Part shown: in pieces, positions 39,036-48,932 of the stretch | How positions within the stretch are numbered: the stretch's first letter is position 1 | Layout of the letters: each line of letters begins with the position of its first letter | NCBI GenBank assembly: GCA_050008515.1 | Contig: JBEKMM010000014.1 | Coordinates: 17,566 to 81,565, forward strand | DNA length: 64,000 nucleotides | Source: Candidatus Limnocylindrales bacterium | GTDB taxonomy: Bacteria > Chloroflexota > Limnocylindria > Limnocylindrales > CSP1-4 | Direction: 5' to 3' | Made by a program: the position numbers and the translations under genes | Notes under the pieces: generated by a model | What the model saw: the letters and a program-made list of their open reading frames with translations, nothing else | Databases searched by the model: none | What the model was told of the DNA's origin: nothing

Positions 39036-40026
39036 GCCCCGCGCGGCTTCGGCCAGACGCCGCAACTTCCGCTCGGCGTGGAGCGTCTCGCCGCCCTCGT
39101 GGCCGTTGAACGGGTAGACCTCGATCGCCTTCGGCCCGGCGTAGTGGTTGTAGGCCGCGAAGACCGTGGATGGCGGGCAGACGGTGTCCATCAGGGCCAC
39201 GGAGAAGAGGGCCGGGGCCCTGGCTCGAACGGCGAAGTGGACTCCGTCGAAGTAGGAGAGCGTGTGGAAGACGCGCTCGGCCTCGTCGCGGTGGACCTTG
39301 CAGTAGCGAACGATCTCGTGATAGGGGTCGCCGTCCGTGATCTCGGTGGCGCGGCGCCAGTGGCACATGAACGGCACGTCGGCCAGGGCGATGAGGAGGT
39401 CGGGCACGAGGCCGGCCGCGGCCAGCGCCAGCCCGCCGCCCTGGCTCCCGCCGTTGACCGCGACGCGCGCCGGGTCGACGAGCGGATGGGCCCGGGCCGC
39501 CTCGACGGCGCGGACCGCGTCGGTCATGAGGCGCCGGTAGTAGTACGTGGCGGGGTCGAGGATGCCGCGCGTGACGAAACCCGGGTGCTGGCCGCCTGCG
39601 GCCGCGGATTCGGGGTCGGGCGTGTCGCCGGCTCGCCAGGTGCTGCCCTGGCCGCGCACGTCCATGACGAGATGGGCGTAGCCCGCGCTCGGCGGCAGGA
39701 GCCAGTCGATCGGCCGGCCCCGGCCGCCGCCGTAGCCGATGTACTCGACCACGCACGGCAGCCGGCGGTTCCTCGCGAACGGGGAGGCGGCAGGGTCGTG
39801 TGGGGCCAGGAACCAGCCCTTGATGGGCTGTCCGCCGAAGCCGGCGAAGGTGACGTCCCAGGCGTCGATCGTCGAGAGTCCGGCGTCGATCGGCTCGAAG
39901 ACAGGCGCCAGCTCGTGCTTTCGAGCGTCGGCCAGGGTGCCGGCCCAGAAGGCGTCGAAGTCGGCAGGTTCCTCGCGGGCCGGCTTGTAGACCCGCAGCT
40001 CGGATAGCGGTAGATCGAACAGCATG
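39033..40026 (-). CDS. CE7 acetyl-esterase (acetylxylan esterase / cephalosporin-C deacetylase family)
   Basis: Trimmed to MLFDLPLSELRVYKP. RGQG...GGSQGG (GxSQG nucleophile). Start 2 nt after the acyl-CoA ligase stop. Confidence 0.8.
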
Positions 40027-40027
40027 G

Positions 40028-41614
40028 CTATTGGACGCGGGCTTCGTGGCCCTTCCAGTAGGGCTCGCGCAGCTCGGCCTTGAGGATCTTGCCCGTGCCG
40101 CCCTTGGGCAGCGCGTCGCGGAAGTGGATGTCGCGCGGGACCTTGAACCTGGCGAGCCGCTGCTTGCAGTGGTCGCGCAGCTCCTTCACCGTCGCGGACG
40201 CGCCCGGCTTGAGCACGACCAGCGCGACGGGGGCCTCTCCGAGAGCCTTGTCGGGCGCGGAGACGACCGCGCATTCGAGGACGGCCGGGTGGGCCAGGAT
40301 GGCGTTCTCGACTTCGACCGAGGAGATGTTCTCGCCGCCCCGGATGATGATGTCCTTGGAGCGGTCCTTGATCAGGACGTAGCCCTGTTCATCGATCACG
40401 GCCATGTCGCCGGTGTGGAGCCAGCCGTCGCGGATCGTGGCCGCCGTGGCCTCGGGATCCTTGTAGTAGCCCTCCATGACCACGTTCGATCGGACGACGA
40501 TCTCGCCGATCTGCTCGCCGTCGGGGCGGACGTCGCGCCCGTCGGAGTGCACGACCCGAAGCTGGATCCCGGGGATCGGCCAGCCGGTCATCGACTGGCG
40601 CTCCTGGCGCTTCTCGGGCGGCTCGGATTCCGACAGGAAGGTTCGGGGCGTGGCCAGGGTCAGGATCGGCGAGGTCTCGGACAGGCCGTAGCCGACGATC
40701 GTCTGGACGCCGAACGCCTCCTCCAGGTTGCGGATCAGCGTGGGCGACGAAGGCGCGCCCCCGGCGATCAGCTGGCGCAGGCTCGACAGGTCGTGCTTGG
40801 CGCGGTCAGGGTGGTTGAGGACGGCGTTGAAGATGGCGGGCACGGCCAGGATGCGCGTGATCTTGTAGCGCTCCACGGCCTGCATGAGCGCGACCGGCTC
40901 GAACTTGCGCAGCATGACGTGCTGCCCGCCGACCATCGTCAGGAAGTGCGGCGTGCCCCAGCCGTTGACGTGGAAGAGCGGGACCACGTGGAGCACGACG
41001 TCATCCTGCGTGAACCCGAGGCCGATCTCGGCGTACATGCCGTGTAGATACAGCTCCCGGTGGGTCATCGAGACGCCCTTGGGGAAGCCGGTCGTGCCGC
41101 TCGTGTAGAAGAGCTCGGCAATGCCGTTCTCGTCGATCGCGGGCGAGAGGGGATCGCGCGAGCCGCCTGACAGGACGGCCTCGTATTCGTCCGCGGCGAC
41201 GCCGTCCGGGGCGCCCTCCATGATCACGAAGCGGGGCTTCGTCGGCAGCTCGGCTGCCAGTGCCTCGACCAGCGGCTTGAAGTCCTTGTGGAAGAAGACG
41301 ACCTTCGAGCCGGCGTGGCCGACGATGTAGGCGATCTCCTTGGGCGTCAGGCGGATGTTGATCGGGTTCAGCACCGCGCCGGCCTCGAGCACGCCGTAGT
41401 AGGCCTCGAGCAGCTGGTGAGTGTTGTAGGTCAGGAACGAGACCCGATCGCCGGGCTCGACCCCGAGCTCCACCAGGGCATTGGCGAGCCGATGCGTCCG
41501 CTCGCCGAACTGCCGGTAGGTGAAGCGCTTTTCCCCGTCGACGACCCCGACCTTCTCGCCGAAGTAGGTTTCCGCGCGATCGCGGAACTCCAGCACCGAA
41601 AGGGGAACGAACAC
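40028..41614 (-). CDS. AMP-dependent acyl-CoA synthetase/ligase (long-chain-fatty-acid-CoA ligase-like)
   Basis: YTSGTTGFPKGV, GYGLSETS, LPKGGTGKILK. The start is taken at a GTG after GAGGAGG (the alternative is TTG at 41632). Confidence 0.85.
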   Translation of the reverse strand: MFVPLSVLEFRDRAETYFGEKVGVVDGEKRFTYRQFGERTHRLANALVELGVEPGDRVSFLTYNTHQLLEAYYGVLEAGAVLNPINIRLTPKEIAYIVGHAGSKVVFFHKDFKPLVEALAAELPTKPRFVIMEGAPDGVAADEYEAVLSGGSRDPLSPAIDENGIAELFYTSGTTGFPKGVSMTHRELYLHGMYAEIGLGFTQDDVVLHVVPLFHVNGWGTPHFLTMVGGQHVMLRKFEPVALMQAVERYKITRILAVPAIFNAVLNHPDRAKHDLSSLRQLIAGGAPSSPTLIRNLEEAFGVQTIVGYGLSETSPILTLATPRTFLSESEPPEKRQERQSMTGWPIPGIQLRVVHSDGRDVRPDGEQIGEIVVRSNVVMEGYYKDPEATAATIRDGWLHTGDMAVIDEQGYVLIKDRSKDIIIRGGENISSVEVENAILAHPAVLECAVVSAPDKALGEAPVALVVLKPGASATVKELRDHCKQRLARFKVPRDIHFRDALPKGGTGKILKAELREPYWKGHEARVQ

Positions 41615-41767
41615 CGAAGACCTCCTCGCCAATCAGGCCGCGGCGGCGCCTCGTGCGACGCCGGGAACGCCCCCGTGACGCGGGACACGATACCTGTCCG
41701 GAGCGGTCGCTGAGAAGGCTCCGTGCGGGTTCGTGGGCGAGCGGCGGGCGAGTGGCCGCCCGGCGGG

Positions 41768-42577
41768 TCAGCGGCCGGAAGGGGCTCGTTCGGCGCGAGC
41801 GGCGCGGGCAGCCTGGATGAAACCCTCCCAGAGCCCCTCGAACTCGTCCGGCGTAGATTCGGTCCTCTCCGGATGGCACTGCACGGCCACTATCCAGCGG
41901 CCATCGGGGCTCTCCAGGCCTTCGACCAGCCGGCCGGCTTCGCTGTAGGCCCATGCGCTCGACCGCAGACCCGGCGCCAGCCCTTCCAGGCTGACGGCCT
42001 GGTGGTGGAAAGAGTTGACCTGCAACTGCAGCGCCGCATCGTCGGAATCGCCGCCCGCCACACCGTCGGGGGCGGCGCCCGCCACCGCGCGACCGAGGCG
42101 GGTCGCCGGGTCGATCTCCAGGTCGTGAGTGTGGGCCGGCCCCTGCCCGTACGGCGTTCCGGCGTGGCTGGGCACGTCCGCCAGCAACTTGCCGCCGGAG
42201 AAAACGTTGACCGCCTGGAGGCCGCGGCAGATCCCCAACACCGGCAGCGAGCGACGCTCCGCCGCGCGCCACGCCGACAGCTCCAGCTCGTCGCGCACCC
42301 TGTCGATCTCCACGGCGCCGTTCGCCGTCTCGCCGTACTTCGCGGGGTCGATGTCGGCGCCGCCGGCCAGCAGCAGTCCGTCCATCGGGGCGAGGAGGCG
42401 GTCCCGCTCCTGCGGCGGAGTGCCGCCGTGGAGCAGCGCCGGAGTGCCGCCGTGGCGGGCTATCGCTGCCGCGTACAGCTCGTTCTTGCGGGCGGCCAGG
42501 GCGGGGTCGTCCGAGCGGGCGGGATCGGCCACGGTGATGGCGATGAGGGGCGAGTATGCGGCGGCACGGTCTGACAT
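41768..42577 (-). CDS. Class I glutamine amidotransferase-like hydrolase (peptidase C26, gamma-glutamyl-GABA-hydrolase family)
   Basis: GICRGLQ nucleophile, FHHQAV, HPE. Confidence 0.8.
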   Translation of the reverse strand: MSDRAAAYSPLIAITVADPARSDDPALAARKNELYAAAIARHGGTPALLHGGTPPQERDRLLAPMDGLLLAGGADIDPAKYGETANGAVEIDRVRDELELSAWRAAERRSLPVLGICRGLQAVNVFSGGKLLADVPSHAGTPYGQGPAHTHDLEIDPATRLGRAVAGAAPDGVAGGDSDDAALQLQVNSFHHQAVSLEGLAPGLRSSAWAYSEAGRLVEGLESPDGRWIVAVQCHPERTESTPDEFEGLWEGFIQAARAARAERAPSGR

Positions 42578-42703
42578 GCCACCGAGGATACAGCCACCGC
42601 GCGATGGACCGGCCCGATCGAGGCCGCGTCCCGCCAGGCTCGATGGCGGGAGGGGACGGCAGGGCCGCTTGGGGGGAAAGCGGCCCTGCCATGGGCGGAA
42701 GCG

Positions 42704-42967
42704 TCAGGCGGACTCGATCCGCCGGACCTCCGTTGGTACCTGCCAGTCGCTGGCCCGGCGCCGCTGGATCAAGTTGGCCGGGCTGATGGCTTCGGCCGAC
42801 TTGAGTCGGAATCGTGCCACCAATTCGTCAAGCTCCTGCGCCATCTCGGCGAGTGTCGCCGCGGACGCGACGACTTCCTCCGCCTGGGCGGACATCTCCT
42901 CGGTCGCCGCGGAGACCCCCTCGGCCGAGCCCGAGTTCTCCTGGCTGATCGCGGCAATCGACTCCAC
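42704..42967 (-). pseudogene. Remnant of a methyl-accepting chemotaxis protein (C-terminal ~55 aa of the signalling domain only)
   Basis: ISQENSGSAEGVSAATEEMSAQAEEVVASAATLAEMAQELDELVARF matches the extreme C-terminus of MCP signalling domains. There is no room upstream for the rest of the gene. Confidence 0.5.
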
Positions 42968-43068
42968 CGATTTGGTAGTCGGCTCGTCGCGGCCGGGCTG
43001 AGTACGGAAAGGTCACTAACTCAGGGGCGGACGTAGACCGCCGTCGCGCGCCCGCAGTCGCGCCCGGG

Positions 43069-43830
43069 TCAGTGGACGGCGGTCCCCAGCAGCGATCCGA
43101 CCCCGAACGTGACCGCCGCGGCCAGGCCACCCAGGGCGGCCTGCCGTATGCCGGTCCAGATCGCGTGGCGGTGAGTCAGGCGGCTGACCGCCAGGCCGAT
43201 CGCGAAGAGAGCGATACCGGACCCGGCGATGCTCAGACCGAAGGCCGCCTGCCCGCCGCCGAGGATAAGGAACGGCAGCAGGGGCACGAAGGCGCCAGCG
43301 GCGAAGGCCGACAGCGAGCCCAGCCCGGCGGCCACCGGCGAGCCCATCGTTTCGGCCGAAAGCCCGATCTCCTCCCGAACAAAGGTGTCGATGGCCCGCT
43401 CGGGGTCCTTCATGATCCGATCGACGATCAGATCCGCCTCTTCGTCTGAGAGGCCCTTGGCCTCGTAGATCTCGAGCAGGATGTCGCGCTCCTGCTCCGG
43501 CGTGTGGTGGAGCTGGTGGCGCTGCAGGTCGATCTGGTAGCCCAGCAGCTCGCGCTGCGACTGCACGGAGATGTATTCGCCAACGGCCATCGAGAAACCG
43601 CCGGCCAGCAACCCGGCCACTCCGGCGATGACGACGGAATGGGGGTCCTCGCGGGCCGCCCCCGCCACGCCCATGATCAGCGACAGGTTGCAGACCAGGC
43701 CGTCGGTCGCCCCGAAGACGACCGGCCGAACGACGCTCGCGCCGCGAGTCTCGTGCGGACTGGCCGGCGGCTCGAGAAGGGCGCGAACGCGCCCGGCAAT
43801 CGCGGTGCGTGTGGCCGTGACGCGAGACAT
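43069..43830 (-). CDS. VIT1/CCC1-family iron/manganese transporter
   Basis: Trimmed to MSRVTATR. FGATDGLVCNLSLIMGVAG...EYISVQSQ. Confidence 0.8.
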   Translation of the reverse strand: MSRVTATRTAIAGRVRALLEPPASPHETRGASVVRPVVFGATDGLVCNLSLIMGVAGAAREDPHSVVIAGVAGLLAGGFSMAVGEYISVQSQRELLGYQIDLQRHQLHHTPEQERDILLEIYEAKGLSDEEADLIVDRIMKDPERAIDTFVREEIGLSAETMGSPVAAGLGSLSAFAAGAFVPLLPFLILGGGQAAFGLSIAGSGIALFAIGLAVSRLTHRHAIWTGIRQAALGGLAAAVTFGVGSLLGTAVH

Positions 43831-43840
43831 CGATCCCTCG

Positions 43841-45169
43841 CTAGATGGGCCGGGCTGGCGGACCGGATTGTCGCGCATCTGGCGGCGGCGGATGCCGCGA
43901 GAAGCGCAGGGCAGCGGGTCGGGGCCACGGCCCGTCCGTGCCGGCCATCGGGTGGAGCGCGTCGGGCAGGCGGCGCGCGGCGACGACGGAGACCCAGCCG
44001 GAGTAGCAGAGCAGCCACATGTTCGGGCCGATGGCTCCCGCGCCCAGCACGACCCAAACGGCGGCGCCGCTCTCGAGCATCAGGACCGCCGGCAGCGCGA
44101 AGGCGAAGCCGTGCGGCCAGAGCGACGGCGAGGCGGCGATCGAGGCCAGGCCGAGCGCCGCGAGGCCGCGCCGGCCGGAGAAGAGCAGCGCGAACGCCAC
44201 GGCGCCGGTCGACAGCGCGACGAACGCCGCGCTGGACAGATACCGGGCATAGGAGAAGCCGAACAGCGAGGGCACCGCCGGCTGCGATTCGGCCCGATAG
44301 CCGAGTCCGGCGAACCACGCCCGCCACGAGTCCAGGCCGACGATGGGCAGGGTGACCAGCGCGATGGCGGCGAGGGCGGCCAGCCCGAAGAGGAGCCCGC
44401 GCCAGCGCCTGGTCCGCAGCAGCCACAGCGCCGGGATCCCGCTTTGGATCTTGAAGAGTGCGTCGAGGACCAGGCTGCCGCTCGCTCGATACGCCAGCGC
44501 GAGCAGCAGGAATGTCAGGCTGGCGACATTGCCGGATTCGAAGCCGATCGTCACCGGCGGGAAGGCCAGCAGCAGGAGGCTCCAGATCGGCCGCAGGCCC
44601 AGCGCCCGAAATGCGGCGTAGGCGCAGGCGACCAGGAAGCCGACCCACGCCACGGCCACCGGTGGGTTCGGCAGCTTCGACAGCAGCCCGAAGAACGGGA
44701 GCAGCGGCGGGGGGTAGAGGAAGAAGTCCTGGTCGGGGCTCGGTGGCCAGGCCGAGACCGGGCCCGTCATGTACGGCTGCCCGCCTGCCATCCAGCGCCC
44801 CGCCGAACCCAGGTACACGTTGAAGTCGTACAGGTGGTTGGTCTGCTGCCAGAGCAGCAGGTCGAAGAGCAGCCAGCCGGCGACGACCCACACCACCAGT
44901 GCCAGGCCCGCCCAGGATCGGCCGACGGGCGACACCGCCGACCGCATGCGCAGGACGGCGAGGGCCGCCGCGGTCGCGACGACCCAGACGAGGCCGAATG
45001 GAAGCCCGCCGATCGGACGCCCGAGCTGGTCCACGAACCCGACCGCGACGATGGCGACGCCCACCGGGATCGTCAGGTCGAACGGGCCGATGCGCGCCCA
45101 GCGCACGCCTACGATCTCGGCGACCCAGCCGCGCACCCTGTCTGCTGTCGGACGAATGCCCTCACTCAC
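43841..45169 (-). CDS. DUF2029 / GT87-like membrane glycosyltransferase
   Basis: 442 aa polytopic. DUF2029-type pattern (LYDFNVYLGSAGRWMAGGQPY). Confidence 0.6.
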   Translation of the reverse strand: MSEGIRPTADRVRGWVAEIVGVRWARIGPFDLTIPVGVAIVAVGFVDQLGRPIGGLPFGLVWVVATAAALAVLRMRSAVSPVGRSWAGLALVVWVVAGWLLFDLLLWQQTNHLYDFNVYLGSAGRWMAGGQPYMTGPVSAWPPSPDQDFFLYPPPLLPFFGLLSKLPNPPVAVAWVGFLVACAYAAFRALGLRPIWSLLLLAFPPVTIGFESGNVASLTFLLLALAYRASGSLVLDALFKIQSGIPALWLLRTRRWRGLLFGLAALAAIALVTLPIVGLDSWRAWFAGLGYRAESQPAVPSLFGFSYARYLSSAAFVALSTGAVAFALLFSGRRGLAALGLASIAASPSLWPHGFAFALPAVLMLESGAAVWVVLGAGAIGPNMWLLCYSGWVSVVAARRLPDALHPMAGTDGPWPRPAALRFSRHPPPPDARQSGPPARPI

Positions 45170-45221
45170 CGGGCAATTCTAGGCAGCCCGGCTGTGCCGT
45201 CGGGCTGCCAGGCAGGCGGCC

Positions 45222-46874
45222 TCAGGCGGGCCCGACCGTCCCGCCGCCAGGCGGCGTCTCGGAGGGCGGCGAGTCGTTCGGCGGTGAGTCACCTGTCGGT
45301 CTGGCCGAGACCTCGATCCGACTGCGCAGGCGCCAGAGCATCCCCGTCAGGGCCGCCGCCAGGCCGACGGCGATACCGACGGCCAGAGCCAGGGCTACCA
45401 GGAGCGCGGTGTCGTTGCCGCCGCCGGAGCCCGTCGAGCCGCCGGCGACGGCGGTTGGCGCTCCGGTTGGGGCCACCGTTGGCGCCACGGTTGGGGCCAC
45501 CGTCGGCTGTTGTGTCGGAGTCGGCGGGGCAGGGGTTGGCGTTGCCGATGCGTTCGGCGTCACCGGGGCTGACGCCGCCGAGGCCGGGCCCGTCCCAATG
45601 GCGTTTCTGGCCCTGACCGTGAACGTGTAGGCGGTGCCGTTTGTCAGACCGCCGACGTTGCACGAGAGCGCTCCGGTTGTCGAACACGTCTTTCCGCCAG
45701 GCGACGATGTCACGGTGTAGCCGATGATCGGGCTCTTGCCGTCGCTGGCCGGTGCATTCCAGGAGACGCCCGCCGCGCCGTCTGCTGGCGTCGCGACCAC
45801 CACGGTTGGGGCACCGGGGATGGACTGCGCGACGAGAGCCAGGCTGAAGTTGCCGCCAGCGGAGATCGCGGACGTCCCCGCCGCGGTGGCCGGAACGGTC
45901 GTCTGGCCGTCGTTGTCGCTGCCCCAGGCGACGATCGTGCCGTCCGACTTCAGGGCAAGGCTGTGGCCATAGCCGGAGCCGGCGGAGATCGCCACCACCT
46001 TCGACAGGCCCGTTGGGACGATCGCCTCGCCGAAGTGGTTTTCGAGCCCCAGGCGGACGACTGTGCCGTCCGACTTGAGGGCGAGGCCGTACCATGGCCC
46101 GGCCGAGATTGCCGTCACGTTCGACAGGCCCGCCGGCACGTGCGTCTGTCCGGCCGTGCCGTCTCCCCACGCGATGACGGTGCCGTCCGACTTGATGGCC
46201 AGGCTGAACTGTCTTCCGGCCGAGATCGCCTTGACCCCAGTGAGTGGAACGGGGATGTTGCCTCGGTGGCCGACCGGGACGGTCGTCTCGCCGGCCGCGT
46301 TGTAGCCCCAGGCAGCGATCTCGGTTCCGAAGAGCCCCGACGTCAGGGCGAGGCTGTGCTTGTACCCGGCGGCGACGGCCGTGTAGTGGTAGCCGGCGGG
46401 AAGGGCCGGGACGTCCGTCTGGCCGGAGCTGTTGTCGCCCCAGGCGACGATCGTGCCGTCGGACTTCAAAGCAAGGCTGAAGTCGGAGCCGGCGGAGATC
46501 GCGACCACTCCCGACTGGGCAGCGGCGGGGACGGTCGCCTGGGCGTGGTCGTTACCGCCCCAGGCGACGACGGTGCCGCCACTCTTGAGGGCGAGGGCGA
46601 AGTTGCCCCCGGCGGAGATCGCCACCACGCCCGACTGGGCAGCGGCGGGCACATCTGTCTGGTGATACGTGTTGTCGCCCCAGGCGATCACCTTGCCCGT
46701 GGGCGTGGCGGCCGCCGCGGGTCGTGCGAGGGGCCCTGACCATGCGGCCGCCAGGAGGCCGGTTGCGAGCAGCACCGCGGGAGCGAGAGAGAAGAGCCTA
46801 CGCTGGGCCCGGCCTCCCGCTCTCGCGCAAACGTAGAGGCGCTCCGGGCGAGAAGCCCAGGTTGAGGTCACCAT
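45222..46874 (-). CDS. Cell-surface RCC1-repeat beta-propeller protein with FN3 domain, Pro/Thr/Val linker and C-terminal TM anchor
   Basis: Signal-like N-terminus. Repeated AWGxNxxGQ blocks ([15 protein letters not shown]...). FN3 ([23 protein letters not shown]...YTFTVRARN). Linker [18 protein letters not shown] from 15-bp repeats. [22 protein letters not shown]. Confidence 0.8.
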   Translation of the reverse strand: MVTSTWASRPERLYVCARAGGRAQRRLFSLAPAVLLATGLLAAAWSGPLARPAAAATPTGKVIAWGDNTYHQTDVPAAAQSGVVAISAGGNFALALKSGGTVVAWGGNDHAQATVPAAAQSGVVAISAGSDFSLALKSDGTIVAWGDNSSGQTDVPALPAGYHYTAVAAGYKHSLALTSGLFGTEIAAWGYNAAGETTVPVGHRGNIPVPLTGVKAISAGRQFSLAIKSDGTVIAWGDGTAGQTHVPAGLSNVTAISAGPWYGLALKSDGTVVRLGLENHFGEAIVPTGLSKVVAISAGSGYGHSLALKSDGTIVAWGSDNDGQTTVPATAAGTSAISAGGNFSLALVAQSIPGAPTVVVATPADGAAGVSWNAPASDGKSPIIGYTVTSSPGGKTCSTTGALSCNVGGLTNGTAYTFTVRARNAIGTGPASAASAPVTPNASATPTPAPPTPTQQPTVAPTVAPTVAPTGAPTAVAGGSTGSGGGNDTALLVALALAVGIAVGLAAALTGMLWRLRSRIEVSARPTGDSPPNDSPPSETPPGGGTVGPA

Positions 46875-47159
46875 GAGTCAGCTCCTTCCCCCGGCTCGGG
46901 CCTTCCTCGATCCCCGTTCCCGAGCCGCGCCATGAGCCTCGCTACGCTGCGGAAGCGTCGCCACAGGGCATGGAGCTGGCCGCGTCGCTTGACCGTACGC
47001 CACGTATGGCGCGGTCTGCCCCGACCGCCTCGCCAACGATACACCGAGGGCAATGAGCGGCCCCCATCTCCGCGCGGGCCGCCGTCGGCCTACCATGAGC
47101 GCGTGCTGAGCCGGGTGCACCTCTCGATCTCGCGACCGCATCGCCCGCCCCTGGGAGGG

Positions 47160-48932
47160 ATGGCGCTGACGGTGGCCGGCCTGGCCCTGACGACGGTGCT
47201 CGCCTTCGTTCTCGTTCGCGGGCTGAACGTACCCGATGCCGCGATCGTGTACCTGCTGCCGGTCGTCGCCGTCGGCATGTTGTACGGCAGCTGGCTGGCC
47301 GTCGGCACGTCGGTGGCCGCATTCCTGATCTACGACTTCTTCTTCGTCCAGCCGCTCTACACCTTCTCGATCGCCTCGGCCGAGGAGTGGCTGGACCTGC
47401 TGCTGTTCCTGGTCGTTGCCCTCGCGATCGGCCGCCTCAGCGCCCTGCAGCTCCAGCGCCGCCGCGAGGCGGAGCTGCGCAGCTCGGAGGCGCGGGCCAT
47501 GTTCGCGATGAGCCGCGACACCGCGAACGCGGCCACGGCCCTCGAGGCGGCCCCCCTGCTTGCCAACCGGCTGGCGCGCGAGGCCGAGATGGATCGCGTC
47601 TGGGTCGGGCTGGGGGCGTCCTCGGCAGAGGAGCGTGTCGTGGCCGACAGCCGCCCCGGGGAGCCCCGGCCGCCGCTGGTTTCGCGCTGGGTCCTCCACT
47701 CGAGCTCGGCCGAGGCGCAGCCGAGCTGGACGCGGGTGCGAGACACGCCCGGGGGTCGGCTCCATGAGCAATCCCACGACCGGGCGCTGGCGCTGGAGCG
47801 CGCCCGCGACCAGGCCCGCGACCACCCGCCGGACCAGGTTCACGAGCGCGACGAGCCCGTGACCGTCTTCCGCGTCCCGATCCAGACCGGCGGCGAGACC
47901 ATCGGGTCCGTGTGGGCGACGCGGGTCCACGGCGACCCGCTCCCGGGCCGCTCCCACAGCCGGCTGCTCGCCGCCGCCGCCGACCAGCTGGGCCAGTCGG
48001 TGGTCCGCGACCGCCTCGCCGCCGACGCCACCGCCGCCGAGGTCGCCCGCCAGGGAGACGCCCTGAAGTCGGCCCTGCTCGATTCGGTCTCGCACGATCT
48101 CCGAACCCCGCTGTCGGCGATCCGGGCCGCCGCGGGGAACCTCATGGACCCGGAGGTCCAGTGGACGCGCGAGAAGGAGCGCGCCGCCGCCCGTTCGATC
48201 GACCTGGAGGCGCAGCGCCTGAGCCGTCTCGTCCGCAACATGCTCGATCTCAGCCGGATCGAGGGCGGAGCCCTGCACCCCTCGCTGGAGCTGTACGACC
48301 TGGCCGACCTGGTCGATCCGGTGGTCGAACGCCTTGCGCCCGTGCTCGCGCCTGCGCAGGTGGAGGTGTCGATCCCGGCGGATCTTCGGCCCGTGTGCGT
48401 CGATGCGATCTTCGTCGACCAGATCCTGACGAACCTCCTGGAGAACGGCGCCCGATACGCCGCCGGGAAACGGATCCGAGTGACGGCGAGCGAGACGGTC
48501 GACGAAGGCGTCGAGCTGGTGGTCGAGGATGCCGGCCCGGGCGTGCCGGGCCCGGAGCTGGTCCGCCTGTTCGAGCGGTTCTATCGAGGACCGCGACGGC
48601 CGGGCTCGCGCAGCGAGGGTGGATCCGGGATCGGTCTGACGGTGGCTCGCGGCCTGGCCGAGGCGATGGGCGGGTCGGTGGAGGCCCGGCGAAGCCAGCT
48701 CGGGGGCCTGGCGGTGGCGGTCCGGCTGCCGGTCGAAGGCGAGCCAGAGGCGGCCGAAGAGACGGCCGAAGAGACGGCCGAAGAGACGGCCGATGAGACG
48801 GCCGATGAGGCAGCCGAAGCTGCCGGCCCGACCGAACCTGCCGGCCCGACTGAACCTGCTGGAGACACCGAGCCTGCCGGCCCGACCGAAGGCTCGAGCG
48901 TCGCGGCCCGCATTCTCGTCGGCCCCGAATGA
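47160..48932 (+). CDS. kdpD: KdpD-type sensor histidine kinase, C-terminal half only (DUF4118 TM, GAF-like, HisKA, HATPase) with an acidic repeat tail
   Basis: Trimmed from ORF 46932..48932 to MALTVAGLALTTVLAF. H-box SHDLRTPLSAI. Tail EAAEETAEETAEETADETADE + (PAGPTE)n encoded by 15/18-bp repeats (48761-48900). Confidence 0.85.
   Translation: MALTVAGLALTTVLAFVLVRGLNVPDAAIVYLLPVVAVGMLYGSWLAVGTSVAAFLIYDFFFVQPLYTFSIASAEEWLDLLLFLVVALAIGRLSALQLQRRREAELRSSEARAMFAMSRDTANAATALEAAPLLANRLAREAEMDRVWVGLGASSAEERVVADSRPGEPRPPLVSRWVLHSSSAEAQPSWTRVRDTPGGRLHEQSHDRALALERARDQARDHPPDQVHERDEPVTVFRVPIQTGGETIGSVWATRVHGDPLPGRSHSRLLAAAADQLGQSVVRDRLAADATAAEVARQGDALKSALLDSVSHDLRTPLSAIRAAAGNLMDPEVQWTREKERAAARSIDLEAQRLSRLVRNMLDLSRIEGGALHPSLELYDLADLVDPVVERLAPVLAPAQVEVSIPADLRPVCVDAIFVDQILTNLLENGARYAAGKRIRVTASETVDEGVELVVEDAGPGVPGPELVRLFERFYRGPRRPGSRSEGGSGIGLTVARGLAEAMGGSVEARRSQLGGLAVAVRLPVEGEPEAAEETAEETAEETADETADEAAEAAGPTEPAGPTEPAGDTEPAGPTEGSSVAARILVGPE

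Noticed and set aside
37525-39756. Full 743-aa extent of the GT-C paralogue 2 ORF
   Set aside because: The first 241 codons are Arg/Pro/Gly-rich and overlap the CE7 esterase gene. An internal ATG coupled to the esterase stop gives a 503-aa protein matching its paralogue.
43571-45616. 681-aa plus-strand ORF
   Set aside because: Antisense to the GT87, VIT1 and RCC1 genes. Extreme Arg/Pro/Gly bias.
46878-48278. 466-aa minus-strand ORF
   Set aside because: Antisense to the KdpD kinase gene. No domain signal.
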